A stretch of DNA of 64,000 bases from Balanoglossus misakiensis (GCA_040954595.2 CM082576.2:310001-374000), one strand, 5' to 3'; positions 13,114 to 24,137 are shown, counted from the stretch's first letter. Numbers and translations are program-made. Notes: a model not told the origin generated them from the sequence alone.

Positions 13114-13304
13114 TTGTCATAGAGACGCTTCCTGAGATCTTCGATTGTTATTTTTGCTTCATCAACTTTGGAATTGATTTTTTCAAACTTTCGTTGGTCG
13201 GACCTTGGAAGTATATCTGTTCGCTGACTTCGGCGGGGCGGGGGTTTGCTCCTGTTTTCCGGGGATATCGAACGGTAATCGCTTGGCGTCTCCTGGTCCG
13301 CCAT
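13114..13304 (-). CDS. MIPOL1: MIPOL1 first coding exon (MADQETPSDYRS...KRLYDK)
   Basis: ATG in caagATGgcgg context; donor AA|GTGAGT, phase 2; short coiled-coil-like stretch. An in-frame upstream ATG exists at 13334. Confidence 0.75.
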
Positions 13305-13639
13305 CTTGGTTTTGCAGATAGGGTTATAATGCATCCTGGGTAGAGCATAGTTAAATTGATTGATTTGTTGGAATGTAAATAATTCGTTTTCTGATTTTGA
13401 AAGCAGTCAAATCAAACCCATTTAAAACATTTATATACATTGATCCCACTTACGGACAGACTTAATCCAGACACAACTTCAATATTAACTTCCGGGTTAG
13501 CAAAAAGTGAAAACTTGTTGACACGTGTTGACCTATGACCCATTTTCTATCTTCAGGTGACCGCGACCGGACCGAACGTTTCGCTGATACAGTAAAGAAT
13601 ATGCAATCGTCGACGTAAACGTGCAAATAAATTCACGAA
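13305..13639. promoter_or_regulatory. Bidirectional promoter MIPOL1/SLC25A21
   Basis: Divergent ATGs about 335 bp apart; locally CpG-rich; ETS/GABP-like ACTTCCGGG (13488-13496), E-box CACGTG (13522-13527), DR1 TGACCTaTGACCC (13529-13541). Confidence 0.8.
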
Positions 13640-13697
13640 ATGTCTCAGAGCACAGCAAAACAGGCAGCCCAGCAGTTGGCCTCTGGGGGGCTTGCAG
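13640..13697 (+). CDS. SLC25A21: SLC25A21 exon 1 (MSQSTAKQAAQQLASGGLA)
   Basis: gaaATG start; CAG|GTAAAC donor, phase 1. Confidence 0.9.
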
Positions 13698-13760
13698 GTA
13701 AACTTTTCAAATTTATTATACCCACCCACAAATGCCAGTGCTAGCCTTGCTGCAGTTTTG

Positions 13761-13959
13761 GGATCTGGTTCACTTAGTGGACACGACTGTACCTCATGGC
13801 AACGATACCATGGCAATGAGGGTGAGTTAGGGTTAGGAGGGTTAGGAGTGGCAATGTGAGGGTGAGTTTATCCCATACCCTAACCCTCCTAACCTTAACC
13901 CTAAAAAAACATGGTATCGCCCATGGGGTATAGTCGTGTCCACTAAGTGAACCAGATCC
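13761..13959. mobile_element. 199-bp MITE with internal telomere-like repeats in SLC25A21 intron 1
   Basis: About 50-bp TIRs, with the outer 27 bp perfect (GGATCTGGTTCACTTAGTGGACACGAC); 8-bp TSD CAGTTTTG (13753-13760, 13960-13967); internal TTAGGG-like and CCCTAA-like tracts. Confidence 0.88.
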
Positions 13960-14318
13960 CAGTTTTGTAGCCCCGCACATCCCCTTGACGATTTACAAAA
14001 ATCGTCATCAAGGGGAGGTGTTGGGTTACGAAACTGCAACAAGCACTAGCCCTATTACTACTACGTGCTACTAGTAATAGTATGGCTTGCTGCGCTTCCG
14101 TAGCCCTAATAGTATACTTACCCGTCTGTACTAGGTTGTTGCACATTTTTATTACTGGACTGTCATGACTGTACTAGTATGGAGTTTGTTCAAACACTGA
14201 GGAAGTTGCAAAAATGGTCAAAAATCAAAACTTTCTAAGTCTAAGGTACATGCAGATCAACTTGTTGATAAGATGGGTTGACATGATGCTATTATGTTAC
14301 TCCTTTGTTTAATCACAG

Positions 14319-14367
14319 GCATGGTGGAAGTAAGTCTGATGCATCCTTTGGATTTAGTGAAAACAAG
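14319..14367 (+). CDS. SLC25A21: SLC25A21 exon 2 (GMVEVSLMHPLDLVKTR)
   Basis: cacAG| and AG|GTAATT; 49 nt; first PX[D/E]XX[K/R]X[K/R] motif. Confidence 0.95.
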
Positions 14368-14849
14368 GTAATTTTATGTTTTGATCGTGTTTGCTGTCTT
14401 TCTGTCTGTTTTCGATAAAACAATATGTGGTAATCTGATGTATGGAAACAGACCCCACAGTAATCAAGATAGACTGGCCTGAATCAAAATGTGGTAACAA
14501 AAGAAAATGGCAAGGTTTCAATCACATTGTCATTGATTTATATGTGTCACATATGGTACCACTAATCATAGGTCACAGTGACCTGCGAGTATGAATAGTG
14601 GTACTGGTACATGTATTTACATGTTCAAAATCTGATATATTCCAGAAGTGTGTGTCGTCTATTGTGTTGCACCTCAGAGCTGTATTTCAGTCTGCCAAAA
14701 TGTGGACTTTTGAACCCTTTCTCTCAAGAAAATTTCAATGGAGAGCAGAGAGCAATAGTGGATTTGTAAATATGTATATCATTAGAATTTCATTAAATCA
14801 TTGCAGTTAGTCGTGTCTGACAGGTCTTTGAAATTTTTTTTTGAGACAG

Positions 14850-14933
14850 ATTTCAAGTCCAGCGTGGTCCAGATGATCCACACAGATACAAATCATTGGC
14901 AGATTGCTTCAGGAGAATATACAGGAGTGAAGG
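14850..14933 (+). CDS. SLC25A21: SLC25A21 exon 3 (FQVQRGPDDPHRYKSLADCFRRIYRSEG)
   Basis: acAG| and GG|GTAAGA; 84 nt. Confidence 0.95.
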
Positions 14934-15145
14934 GTAAGAATTTCGGGGATGACAGTTTGTCTCATGGGTATCTCATGAGTCAAACCACAGAATAGTATTG
15001 CATTATGGGTAAAAGAATGACTCTTGTTGGTTTGTGCAGTGTTTTTCTACCATATACACTTGTACCAATGATCCAACTGCATGTATTGTACATGTACAAT
15101 GTCTCAAATGATTCACAAAACTCTTTGAACCTTTGAACTCCACAG

Positions 15146-15275
15146 GATTTTATCCTTCTACAAGGGCATTCTTCCACCAATCATGGCAGAGACTCCCAAG
15201 AGAGCTGTTAAGTTTTTCACTTTTGAACAGTACAAGAAAATATTTTTGTTTGGATCACCTACTCCGACATGGGTG
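15146..15275 (+). CDS. SLC25A21: SLC25A21 exon 4 (ILSFYKGILPPIMAETPKRAVKFFTFEQYKK...)
   Basis: cacAG| and |GTAAGT; 130 nt. Confidence 0.95.
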
Positions 15276-15568
15276 GTAAGTATACAGTGTGGTGTGCTAC
15301 AAACCTATGATTATAATAGGCAGCATTTTTCACAAAAATAACCATTTATGAATATAACCATTCATGCTGTACATGTATGTTGTAGATTCATGACCATCTC
15401 GCAATTACACATTCTTGGACTTGATGTATCGTATCATCCATATGAGTAGATTGTTAAGAGGGTTCATGTCTTTGCCACCATGTTCTTTTGTCTCAGTTGT
15501 ATGAGACATAACAAAGATTGGAGTCTTTCAAGCTAATTTGTCATGCTTTTTTACTCTTTAACGGACAG

Positions 15569-15676
15569 ACCTTCACCTTAGCGGGTCTTTGTGCTGGCCT
15601 AACCGAGGGTGTCATTATCAACCCCTTTGAAGTTGTCAAGGTGAAACTACAGACTGAAAGACAAGTAATCTCAGCG
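15569..15676 (+). CDS. SLC25A21: SLC25A21 exon 5 (TFTLAGLCAGLTEGVIINPFEVVKVKLQ...)
   Basis: acAG| and |GTGAGA; 108 nt. Confidence 0.95.
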
Positions 15677-16046
15677 GTGAGAAACATTTTTCTTTCTGGG
15701 AAACTGAAAATACTGTTATATTTATATTGTACATCTTAATAATCTAAAATGTGCAAATTACTGATGATTGTGATGGAACGGCTGAATTAAAAAGGATACC
15801 AAACCAACTGCATAAGGTCATCTAAGATGACGCCCTCTGTGGCCAATTTTACAAACTTGATTTCACGTTTCTGCTGAATGACTTGTGGCACAACCAGTTC
15901 CTGTTATGTCTACATACAAATGTACCAGTATCACAGCATATTATGTGCATAACAAAAACTCACAACGGCCATGTCTATTACTAATATCACTTATTAGTAG
16001 TATTTTATTCCCTGCTACATGTAGTGTTGATATTTGTGCATTTCAG

Positions 16047-16211
16047 CAACAATCTGCTTTTACAACAGCCCGAGTTATTGTCAGAGAAAAGGGCTTTGGT
16101 CTGCAAGGTCTCAATAAAGGTCTGACAGCTACTCTGGGAAGACATGGAGTCTTCAACTGTGTGTATTTTAGTTTCTACCATAATGTCAAAGGATTAATTC
16201 CAACTGTAGAG
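16047..16211 (+). CDS. SLC25A21: SLC25A21 exon 6 (QQSAFTTAR...IPTVE)
   Basis: tttCAG| and GAG|GTATGT; 165 nt. Confidence 0.95.
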
Positions 16212-16536
16212 GTATGTTAAGTTCATTTTCTGGAAACTTTCGTAAGCCTATCGTATTTTTCTGAGTGACACAGAACTTTGTATGCAAGCATCAGTTCTGG
16301 CATTTGTTCTCGTTGACATTGAATATTTATGCAGTGCAATGCCTTTGTTTCCCATTAATATAGTTTTCAAGTTAATGCATCTAATTTTGGATAAAGCTAA
16401 CACAGAAGGTGCCCCTCTGCACTCCTGTAATCTGATCACATTATTTCCCTGTATATAGGACAACCAAATCATTGAAATTGATGTGTTTTTAACAAATAGT
16501 GTCACAATGACTTGCCTTTTTCTTTTGTATCCTCAG

Positions 16537-16718
16537 GATCCAACATTGGAGTTTTTCAGGAAGTTTACAATTGGTCTTATAGCGGGAACACTTTCATCAA
16601 TCATTAATATCCCCTTTGATGTTGCCAAAAGTAGAATTCAAGGTCCACAGCCTGTACCAGGACAAATCAAATACAGAACATGTTTTGCTACAATTGCAAC
16701 AGTCTACAGAGAAGAAGG
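16537..16718 (+). CDS. SLC25A21: SLC25A21 exon 7 (DPTLEFFRKF...YREEG)
   Basis: cctCAG| and GG|GTAAGT; 182 nt. Confidence 0.95.
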
Positions 16719-16939
16719 GTAAGTGCTTCAAAGTGATAAAGTTGGTATCTTATGTTGTTGTTTTGGTTTTGTTTGTTTTGTTTGTGCAGTTGTGTACCAG
16801 TAAAACTGATACCAGTAGATGGTTGATTTTGCCCTGCTTCATCAATAAATAACATAATATTTGCATTATTACTATCGAATTTTGGTTCCAAGATTAGCCT
16901 ACTTGGATGTAACATTGTGCTTTTTTCTGTCCCTTTCAG

Positions 16940-17054
16940 GTATTTCGCATTATACAAGGGTCTTGTTCCAAAAATCATGAGACTAGGACCTGGAGGTGCC
17001 ATTATGCTACTTGTGTTTGAATATTCCTATGATTGGTTGCAAAAACATACATGA
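16940..17054 (+). CDS. SLC25A21: SLC25A21 exon 8 (YFALYKGLVPKIMRLGPGGAIMLLVFEYSYDWLQKHT*)
   Basis: ctttCAG| acceptor; TGA at 17052-17054. Confidence 0.95.
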
Positions 17055-18144
17055 AGATGGTATGCTGTTCCCCTTCAGATTTCAAAGCTTCTCTATAATT
17101 TACAGTTTGTGTTTGTGGCTTTTAAAAAAATTGCACTTTACTTGAATCATTTGCTGTTTGTTCACTTAACATGGTTGTTTTCTTTTTCTGAGGGAAAGGG
17201 ACTTAATTGATGAACTTGTTTAAACGTGTGATGAATATTGAAGGTCCGAGTCAGAAATCATCCCATTTGTTTTTTGGAGATTAGGGCACACCTATCCTTA
17301 GTAATGGTAGTCATATTAAGTTTTGAATTTTAAATTTAATTTTTATTTTACAAGTCTTGGTTTCAATATTTTATGCTAATTATCAAGAAATTAGACTTGC
17401 TTCTCTTTTATGAACTCAATGTATTTTTAATAATTTGGGGGTTATTTTCTTTATCAATGTTGTGGATGTTTTCATACATAACTTTTTATATGGATGTTAC
17501 AGATAGGTGACATTTAATGACACCCGCTCTTAGCAACTCTGATGGGTAGAATTTAAAAAAAATAGGTATTGCACATTTTATCATTACATGAGAGTCTTTA
17601 AGAAGTCCTGAAATTTTAAATCATTCAGGAAATCTGATTTCACAAAATGACCATTACTAGTATCATAAGTACCTTGCATGTGGCAATCATTAGTTGAGAT
17701 CCCAATTGTAGAAATTTACTGCAAAATACTAATAAATCCAAGTAGATCATGTCATATTTAATCTCAATCATTAAAAACTGCTTAAAAATCATGGAAAATC
17801 CTACTATGCCCCCAGAATGAGTAATATGGTAACAGTCTGGTTTAACTGCAGGGTAAGCTCCCAGCTTGCAATCTTTTTGCTCTGGTTACAGTGAGCCACT
17901 TCAACCATAAACTAGTAAATCTGACAGTTTAAACAAAGGAAGAGGTTATGCAAGAAAGAGCTGAGTTAAAACATTGGGCATGAGAAAAAGAGTGGTCTAA
18001 ATTAATTTATTTAATGCTCTTTGCTTACAATGCTTGTAGATAAATGGTTATTAAAAAGTACTTGTATAACATTTTATGATGAACTGTCACAGATGACAAC
18101 TTTGCCACTGTTCTGACAAGACTAAACGCAGTGCAATGAATTCA

Positions 18145-18150
18145 AATAAA
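18145..18150 (+). terminator. Candidate SLC25A21 polyadenylation signal AATAAA
   Basis: AATAAA about 1.1 kb after the stop, at the point where CpG depletion ends. Confidence 0.5.
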
Positions 18151-21100
18151 GATGATAATCCTTTGATGAACAAGTGTCCTAATTTAATCTTTCATAAAAG
18201 TGGAGCACAATATTCTCATCAAAACCAGCATCGTTGAAGATGGCTTCCGATGCGGGTTGCTTTCGGTTTCTATACTTAGCCACCTTGGATTCTATTTCAG
18301 GTGGCGGTTTCCTTCATGGTGCCCCTATACTCTGTTGACTGTCAGCAGGCCAAGAGAAACTCCTGTTGTTACCAGGTGCGTGTGTGCATGAAAGTTAGCA
18401 AAGGTACGGTGGATTTAGGCTATCTATTATATACAGCAAAGCAAAATATATTATTAGTCGGGTATTGCATGTAGGAGAAAAAATAAACCAACATCTTGGA
18501 TGTATGGTATCAAAAGCCAAACCAATGAACTTATTGTGGAGGCCAATTATCAACTTGTGTCTCGTTAACTATGTTTAGGCCTAGCAAACATAATTTCTTG
18601 CTCATAAACACGTGAACTAAATGTAGGCCTACTGCTGTCTATCTCTGTGTATGGGTCAGTGTGTCCATGACCCAAGACGAATGAGGGCGCTATCGTGCCA
18701 CTCGTCTGTAGCTGTTAGTTTTCCAATGACGCACACGTGTAAATTTTTATACGCCGTCCCACAGGAGTGTTCGCTCTGCAAGAAATTGATTCATTGTTTA
18801 GCGAACCAGATCGACGTAATTTTCACCAGACATGCAAGATGAAATGAATCTGAGCTTGTTACTTTTCGTCCATTAATGTTTGGTTTTAAGCACGTCTGTC
18901 CGTATATGTGCATTTCTAGTTTATTACCCGTGTTCCATATCTTATACATGGAGCTATGACAAAACACGTTGTATGAACTTCGACAATATGCAAAGTCAAC
19001 GATGTTTTCCTTGTTCGGTATGCAAACCAAAAAGACAGCTGCGTTCTTTGTTATAAACATATCCATTGGTGGGCGTTGCATGAATAGACCAGTAATGCCG
19101 AACTCTTTTCTTATCTCCGAACTTTTTTCGCCGACTAAAGCAAAAAAAAAGGTTGATCCTCGGCAACGCAGAGACCGAGAAAGGACAAACATCTAATTGT
19201 ACACGTACAATCGAACATTGCCTATCGAAACACTGTTTGACGCAAACTCCATGGCTCCATCATGCCCTGTTGGTTACTGAATGAGAATGGTGACTCGTAA
19301 GAGAAAATCCTGAGTCAAGTACAAGTATATTTGTACCTCACCATAAACGGCCTTTTTTCAAGTCCCCTCAATTGACAGTGAAAAACAAAAGGTTTTGCTA
19401 TATAAAGCTTTCATGTGCATGGAGCCTCGTAGGGTTCAGGGGTGACTTTTGCAACTCGAAAATATCAGCTCGGTTGGAAGATACGCTAAGAAAAGCATTG
19501 TGGACACCACTAGTATGGATCAAACTGTGACCGAGTATTGCTTGTGTACTAACTCTTTGCCTACACGTTGTTCGAACACTGAAAGGTTTATAATAACAGT
19601 ACTCATGCTGTAAGTGACATAGTTCCAAACAAACTTTGTAAAGAAATCAACTTTTAAAATAGTACCGCCTTCATGTTATGGATTGACTTGAGGTATTTTC
19701 GGATATGCGTACAAGTCTTTCAAAATCGCTCACTAAAATTGTGTTTCTCTTTTTAGTACTAGTATATGTGCAAAGCAATTATTTTACATTCGACGTGTGG
19801 AACTAACAAGCCGCATCGAATTTTCATTGCTATATAGCGAAGTGCGAAAACGGCATCCACAAGCGGCCGCAAAAACGGGGACGAGTTGATTAACAAATAA
19901 ATACAAAGAGAGATGTGTTGAGGGAAATGGCATTGACAGAAATAATTTTGAAAGGTTGCTGTTTTAATCAGATTAATTATTGCAAGCGCAGTACTAGTGG
20001 AATTCGATTCGTACCAACTTCAAGGATATAGTCAGGAACGTTACCATGGGTGATGATGAATTGTTTGGGTTAAAATAATTCTGGTTTTTGAGCTGCCGAA
20101 TAGTTCTTATCATTAAAAATCAGCCTTCTTGTTTGTTTACCCATGTTTGTTTATGTATCATCATAGCACTGCATGTTTTGTTACGGGATAAGCGTCGACG
20201 TTTCAGGTGAGCTGTGCACGTCCTGACATTGACAAATTGGCGTAAAGAATGTGGACAGCGGCGATGTTATCTGCAGTGAGTGTTTTTTGTGTCTGTCGAT
20301 ACCTGTTTAATCCCTGATCAGTCAGCTATAAATTACAACTTACATTTTTCGCTCCCCTTCTTTTGTTTGATTTGTACATTCAAAAGGTACACTTCCTTTG
20401 CAGTCGGCGTGCTTTGGTCGAGAGAGCGATCGAATTACTGACCCCAGGACAAAACCAAATATGTTGATGGCTGGTAAATCACTGTCGACCTTTTATGCCG
20501 AGCTATTTGGTGTCGACAGATCTCGCTAGGATTTAAGGATTTTTTGTGAGCGCACCAAAGTAAACTTCTTTCCCGTTCCCATGGGCTTACAAGTATCAAC
20601 CTGACAAGAATGTCGGTTTTTTATAAGCTTACAATAGTGCGAGCAAAGAGACTGCTTCCGTCCAGATTCGCAGCAAAGAGATGCAAAGAAAGGCCAATTT
20701 ACTTTGATTTTGACATTTCTGTGGTCTGTTGACCACGCACTATATCTACATCGTTTGCTTTCTGTTAGGACCCTGTGTAGTATAACTTCCCGTCCAATTT
20801 CACCGTATTTGCCTGCGTCGATCTAGAAAGACGAGTAAACAGTCGTGGGTTTAGTTATACGGATAAAGTTTTTTTTACATGGCACAACTACTGTTTAATA
20901 TGGACAAACCAACACAGCAAGTATGTTTAAAACCACTGTGATACATGTACTAATCATTTCCCCCTAAATATTGTGATCAAAATCTGATAGTTAGCCACCC
21001 GCAACTTGTGTACGCGTGGATGCGTGGATGAAATCCCAAGCGAGTTGGTCTCTTTTCTCCCACGTGGTTCACTTTCTTTAAGAGACAGTACCTGTATCTG

Positions 21101-23697
21101 TTGTGGATACGCTTATTTTGCTCGTGGTAACAGATGAAGCTGTTCTACTCTTTAATGCCCATATGTGTTGACGTGGGCATTTCTATATATATAAACGAGA
21201 GACTTTTACATGTAATTGTCCGCTGTTTATAGGGAAACAACAGTTCACTTGTGCATAACGTATGCCCCTTTAAATAGTTAGAGACACACATTATTGTGCT
21301 TGTCAACGCATCCTCCATCATGTCTATTACTAGTGTTATGTGCAAAGTCCTCAATTGGAGTAACATTAAAACAAAATTCTGTGCAGTCCTTGCCAGTACT
21401 TCTATCTTTAGCAGATTTGAATAATGATGATAATGTCTGTTGTATATTTCTAGCTTAATGGTTAGTCTACAAAGCAAGGTCTTTCGTTTAGTTGTGAGAT
21501 TTGTGTGAGCAGAGCAAAAATATTTGTCATTGCTGAGATAAGGAAAAAGCTGCCAGCTCTGCGAGACAATTGTCTTGATAAGAATGCCAGTTTCCTTTCT
21601 ATGATAGAGAGTTCCGCCATCGGGAACTCAATAACAGTGTAACGACAGAACTTTTGTAGTCTTTGTCATCGGAAGAATGTCACATTCTTATGTCCCCCCG
21701 AGTCGAAATCTCACTCTGAAGTAGAAGTGCTTGCCAACACCGGAAACGTCACGCAACCAGAGACTTTTCAGGATTCTCTGGCTGATCTCTCTGTGTGTGA
21801 CTGACTGTTTAGAGTTCGGATAATAGACACTCTTTGGAGAACACTTCAGTCCATTTGTCGATTCGCTGTATATCCTTTGAATCCCTCCAAAAAGCACGTC
21901 CTCAAAAATAAGATTGATACCAACAGTAACAGACTTTCGTAGTACGGACGGTTCGAATCATAAAACGACGTGCTTTCAAGTAAAAATTTCCTCTTGACGA
22001 TCCGAAGAAACTCTGATGCTGACGTGATAGGCCTATATATTTTATAATGCCCGTATATATTCAAAATTACGAGGAATACTTTTCCAGCAATGTGCTTCCA
22101 ACACATGACTGCCTATTTTAATTTCAAAAAGTCGACCAACCTGATGTTCAAGTTGGAGCGCATGCGTGTTTCTCTAGTCATAATAGTATTGCCGCAGTCA
22201 CACACACGTCATTCAGACAGAATTGACAGTGACTACTGACCTTTGTAGAAACAGCGACTAAAGTCCCCAGGTGTCAAGCTGTTTTCAAAAAAATCATCTG
22301 CTTGTAAAAACCTGCCAATATTACCTGTCGGATCGTCAGACGAATGATTAAACGACAAAGAAGGCACTTACGATCCCCAATCGTGATAAATACCGGTCGG
22401 ACCCGATGACTGATTCCCATCAACTGAGCTCCTGTGATCCGCGACCTGACCTGCTTTTTATGTTCAGCGCTTAATGCCATAGTTACCAAAAGAAACTGAC
22501 TATCAAATAAGAGCTTGATGTTTTGGTCTGAGGAGGGGTCATGTCGGGTCATGAGAAGACATAAGGCTCTTCACGGTGTGAAATAGAATACTTTCCCTAA
22601 TGATAGCCTCGTTGATAAGGTTTCAAGATGTTTTCTCAAACTAGGCGTTTTTATACTCACTTTGGAGTCTGTTGTTTGTCGCTATTTGAACTCCTCTGGG
22701 TTTAACGACAGTCGATGGTTCACTCTAGAATGCTAAATGTATTGGACAGTTAGAGACGTGGAAACATAGAATGTGTAACTAGCTGCAACAAGCATGAATT
22801 GTATTGTATTAAATAAGTTCCTTCATCAGAAAAATCTTAATTTTATAGTCTATGTGTTAACCAATTAAAGATTAAGGTAGTCGATGGTTCGTGACGTGAA
22901 AACTCAAACAGACATACAGTATCAGCACTAAACAACGCATAGGGTCACTTCCAAGCCCTTTTAACAAGACAAGTGTAGCTTCCTTCCTTTCTTCAACACT
23001 GCGTTGGCGAATTTATAAAACACAGCTAAACGTTTCAAAAATTTTGTCAAAAAAGTTGTCAAAGTTAGACTTTTCTCTCGCTACTGAAAGTCGTATCTGG
23101 TAGAATGTGCTTTGTTGGCAAACTTCACTGGAATAAGTTGGATTTGACAATGACGTCACATGGTGACCAGTTTGGATAAACATTATACTGAGTTATACTA
23201 CAAGAGTAACCAATAAGTCATGTATTTTGTAGGTGTAAAATTCTCGGGGTTCTCGTAAAAACTTTCCCAAAATTTGTCAAGGAAAATTCGAATTATCAAG
23301 ATAATATATACTAGTATGAAGAAGTTATAATTTGAAATAGCATTCCTATTTGACATTTCATATGTCTGTAGGAGTAGTCACAAAAGAGTCTCATTGTTAA
23401 TAAGAAACACTCACTCATTCGTACACACGTTCGTCTCTCCATAAATTACTTAAGTAAATAGTTTTGCTTTTATTAACTGTAAAGAAAAAAATGACATAAA
23501 GACTAGAACAGAATACAACATTACTTAAAATATTATACATTTCAATTTGTTTGGTTTGGTTTGGTTTCATATTTGAAGAATATGGAAAAGAACGATTTTC
23601 CCTCTGAAAAAGCTTAAAGGTTTGTGTAAAACAAGCTACAAAGAAGATACACGCCCTTCTCAGATCTTCACAGTATTGACTGCCGCATTTACCACCT

Positions 23698-23716
23698 CCA
23701 ATAGAGGGCGCCCTCT
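23698..23716 (+). promoter_or_regulatory. CTCF-like motif CCAATAGAGGGCGC overlapping palindrome AGAGGGCGCCCTCT
   Basis: One mismatch to CCASYAGRKGGCRS; located between the convergent SLC25A21 and Pax1/9 3' ends. Confidence 0.45.
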
Positions 23717-24127
23717 GTCACACTTGCAAGTAATCTTTCGTTGCATTTGTTTAATCTTTTTCTCTTACTAGAAGTGACCAAAGTGATTATGTACATTGAC
23801 TTTGATTATAATTTGCAAGGTTGTTCTATTCGTGGAAAGGCGACATAAAGAATTTATCCCCTCCCCATTGATATGCCTCGTTTCCTGTATTCAAAATTTC
23901 TATGTAAAAATGGTGTTCAGACTTGCCTATATTTGCATAAATAAGTAATCATAAAATTGTATACGTTTCAGGAAAACCTTATGAAAACACAAACTTTAAA
24001 AAAATATGCCTAAACTTAATATCCAAAAATATATATACGATATCAACGCGGCCATTCTTTGAGGTAAAATACTGAACCATGAAATACTAGTCTGAAATAG
24101 TTAGTAAACACATCGAAAGGCAATTTT

Positions 24128-24137
24128 TTTATTTATT
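24128..24137 (-). terminator. Candidate Pax1/9 polyadenylation signal (overlapping AATAAATAAA)
   Basis: About 700 nt downstream of the stop on the minus strand; an alternative AATAAA lies near 23470. Confidence 0.45.

Larger units (their letters stand above)
7078..13304 (-). other. MIPOL1: MIPOL1 (mirror-image polydactyly 1) homolog, gene span of recovered coding exons; C-terminal exons not found in window
   Basis: Exons join with consistent phases into about 518 codons. The segment ALIEEIYRAQKERDTAVMARLSIANEERDEAL...RITSEEMRAILDERDMALAKCKKLEQE closely resembles the vertebrate MIPOL1 coiled coil as I recall it (ALVEEVYFAQKERDEAVMSRLQLAIEERDEA...RITAEEMSALIEERDAALSKCKRLEQE). Head-to-head synteny with SLC25A21 agrees. 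Confidence 0.92.
13640..17054 (+). other. SLC25A21: SLC25A21 mitochondrial 2-oxodicarboxylate carrier, complete gene span (8 coding exons, 891 nt, 296 aa)
   Basis: Three carrier motifs PLDLVKTR, PFEVVKVK and PFDVAKSR; family-specific GLNKGLTATLGRHGVFN and IQGPQPVPGQIKYRTC; all introns GT-AG with consistent phases. Confidence 0.97.

Noticed and set aside
13817-13905. TTAGGG/CCCTAA head-to-head as a telomere-fusion relic
   Set aside because: Only a few degenerate units, enclosed by TIRs and a TSD, so it is part of a MITE.
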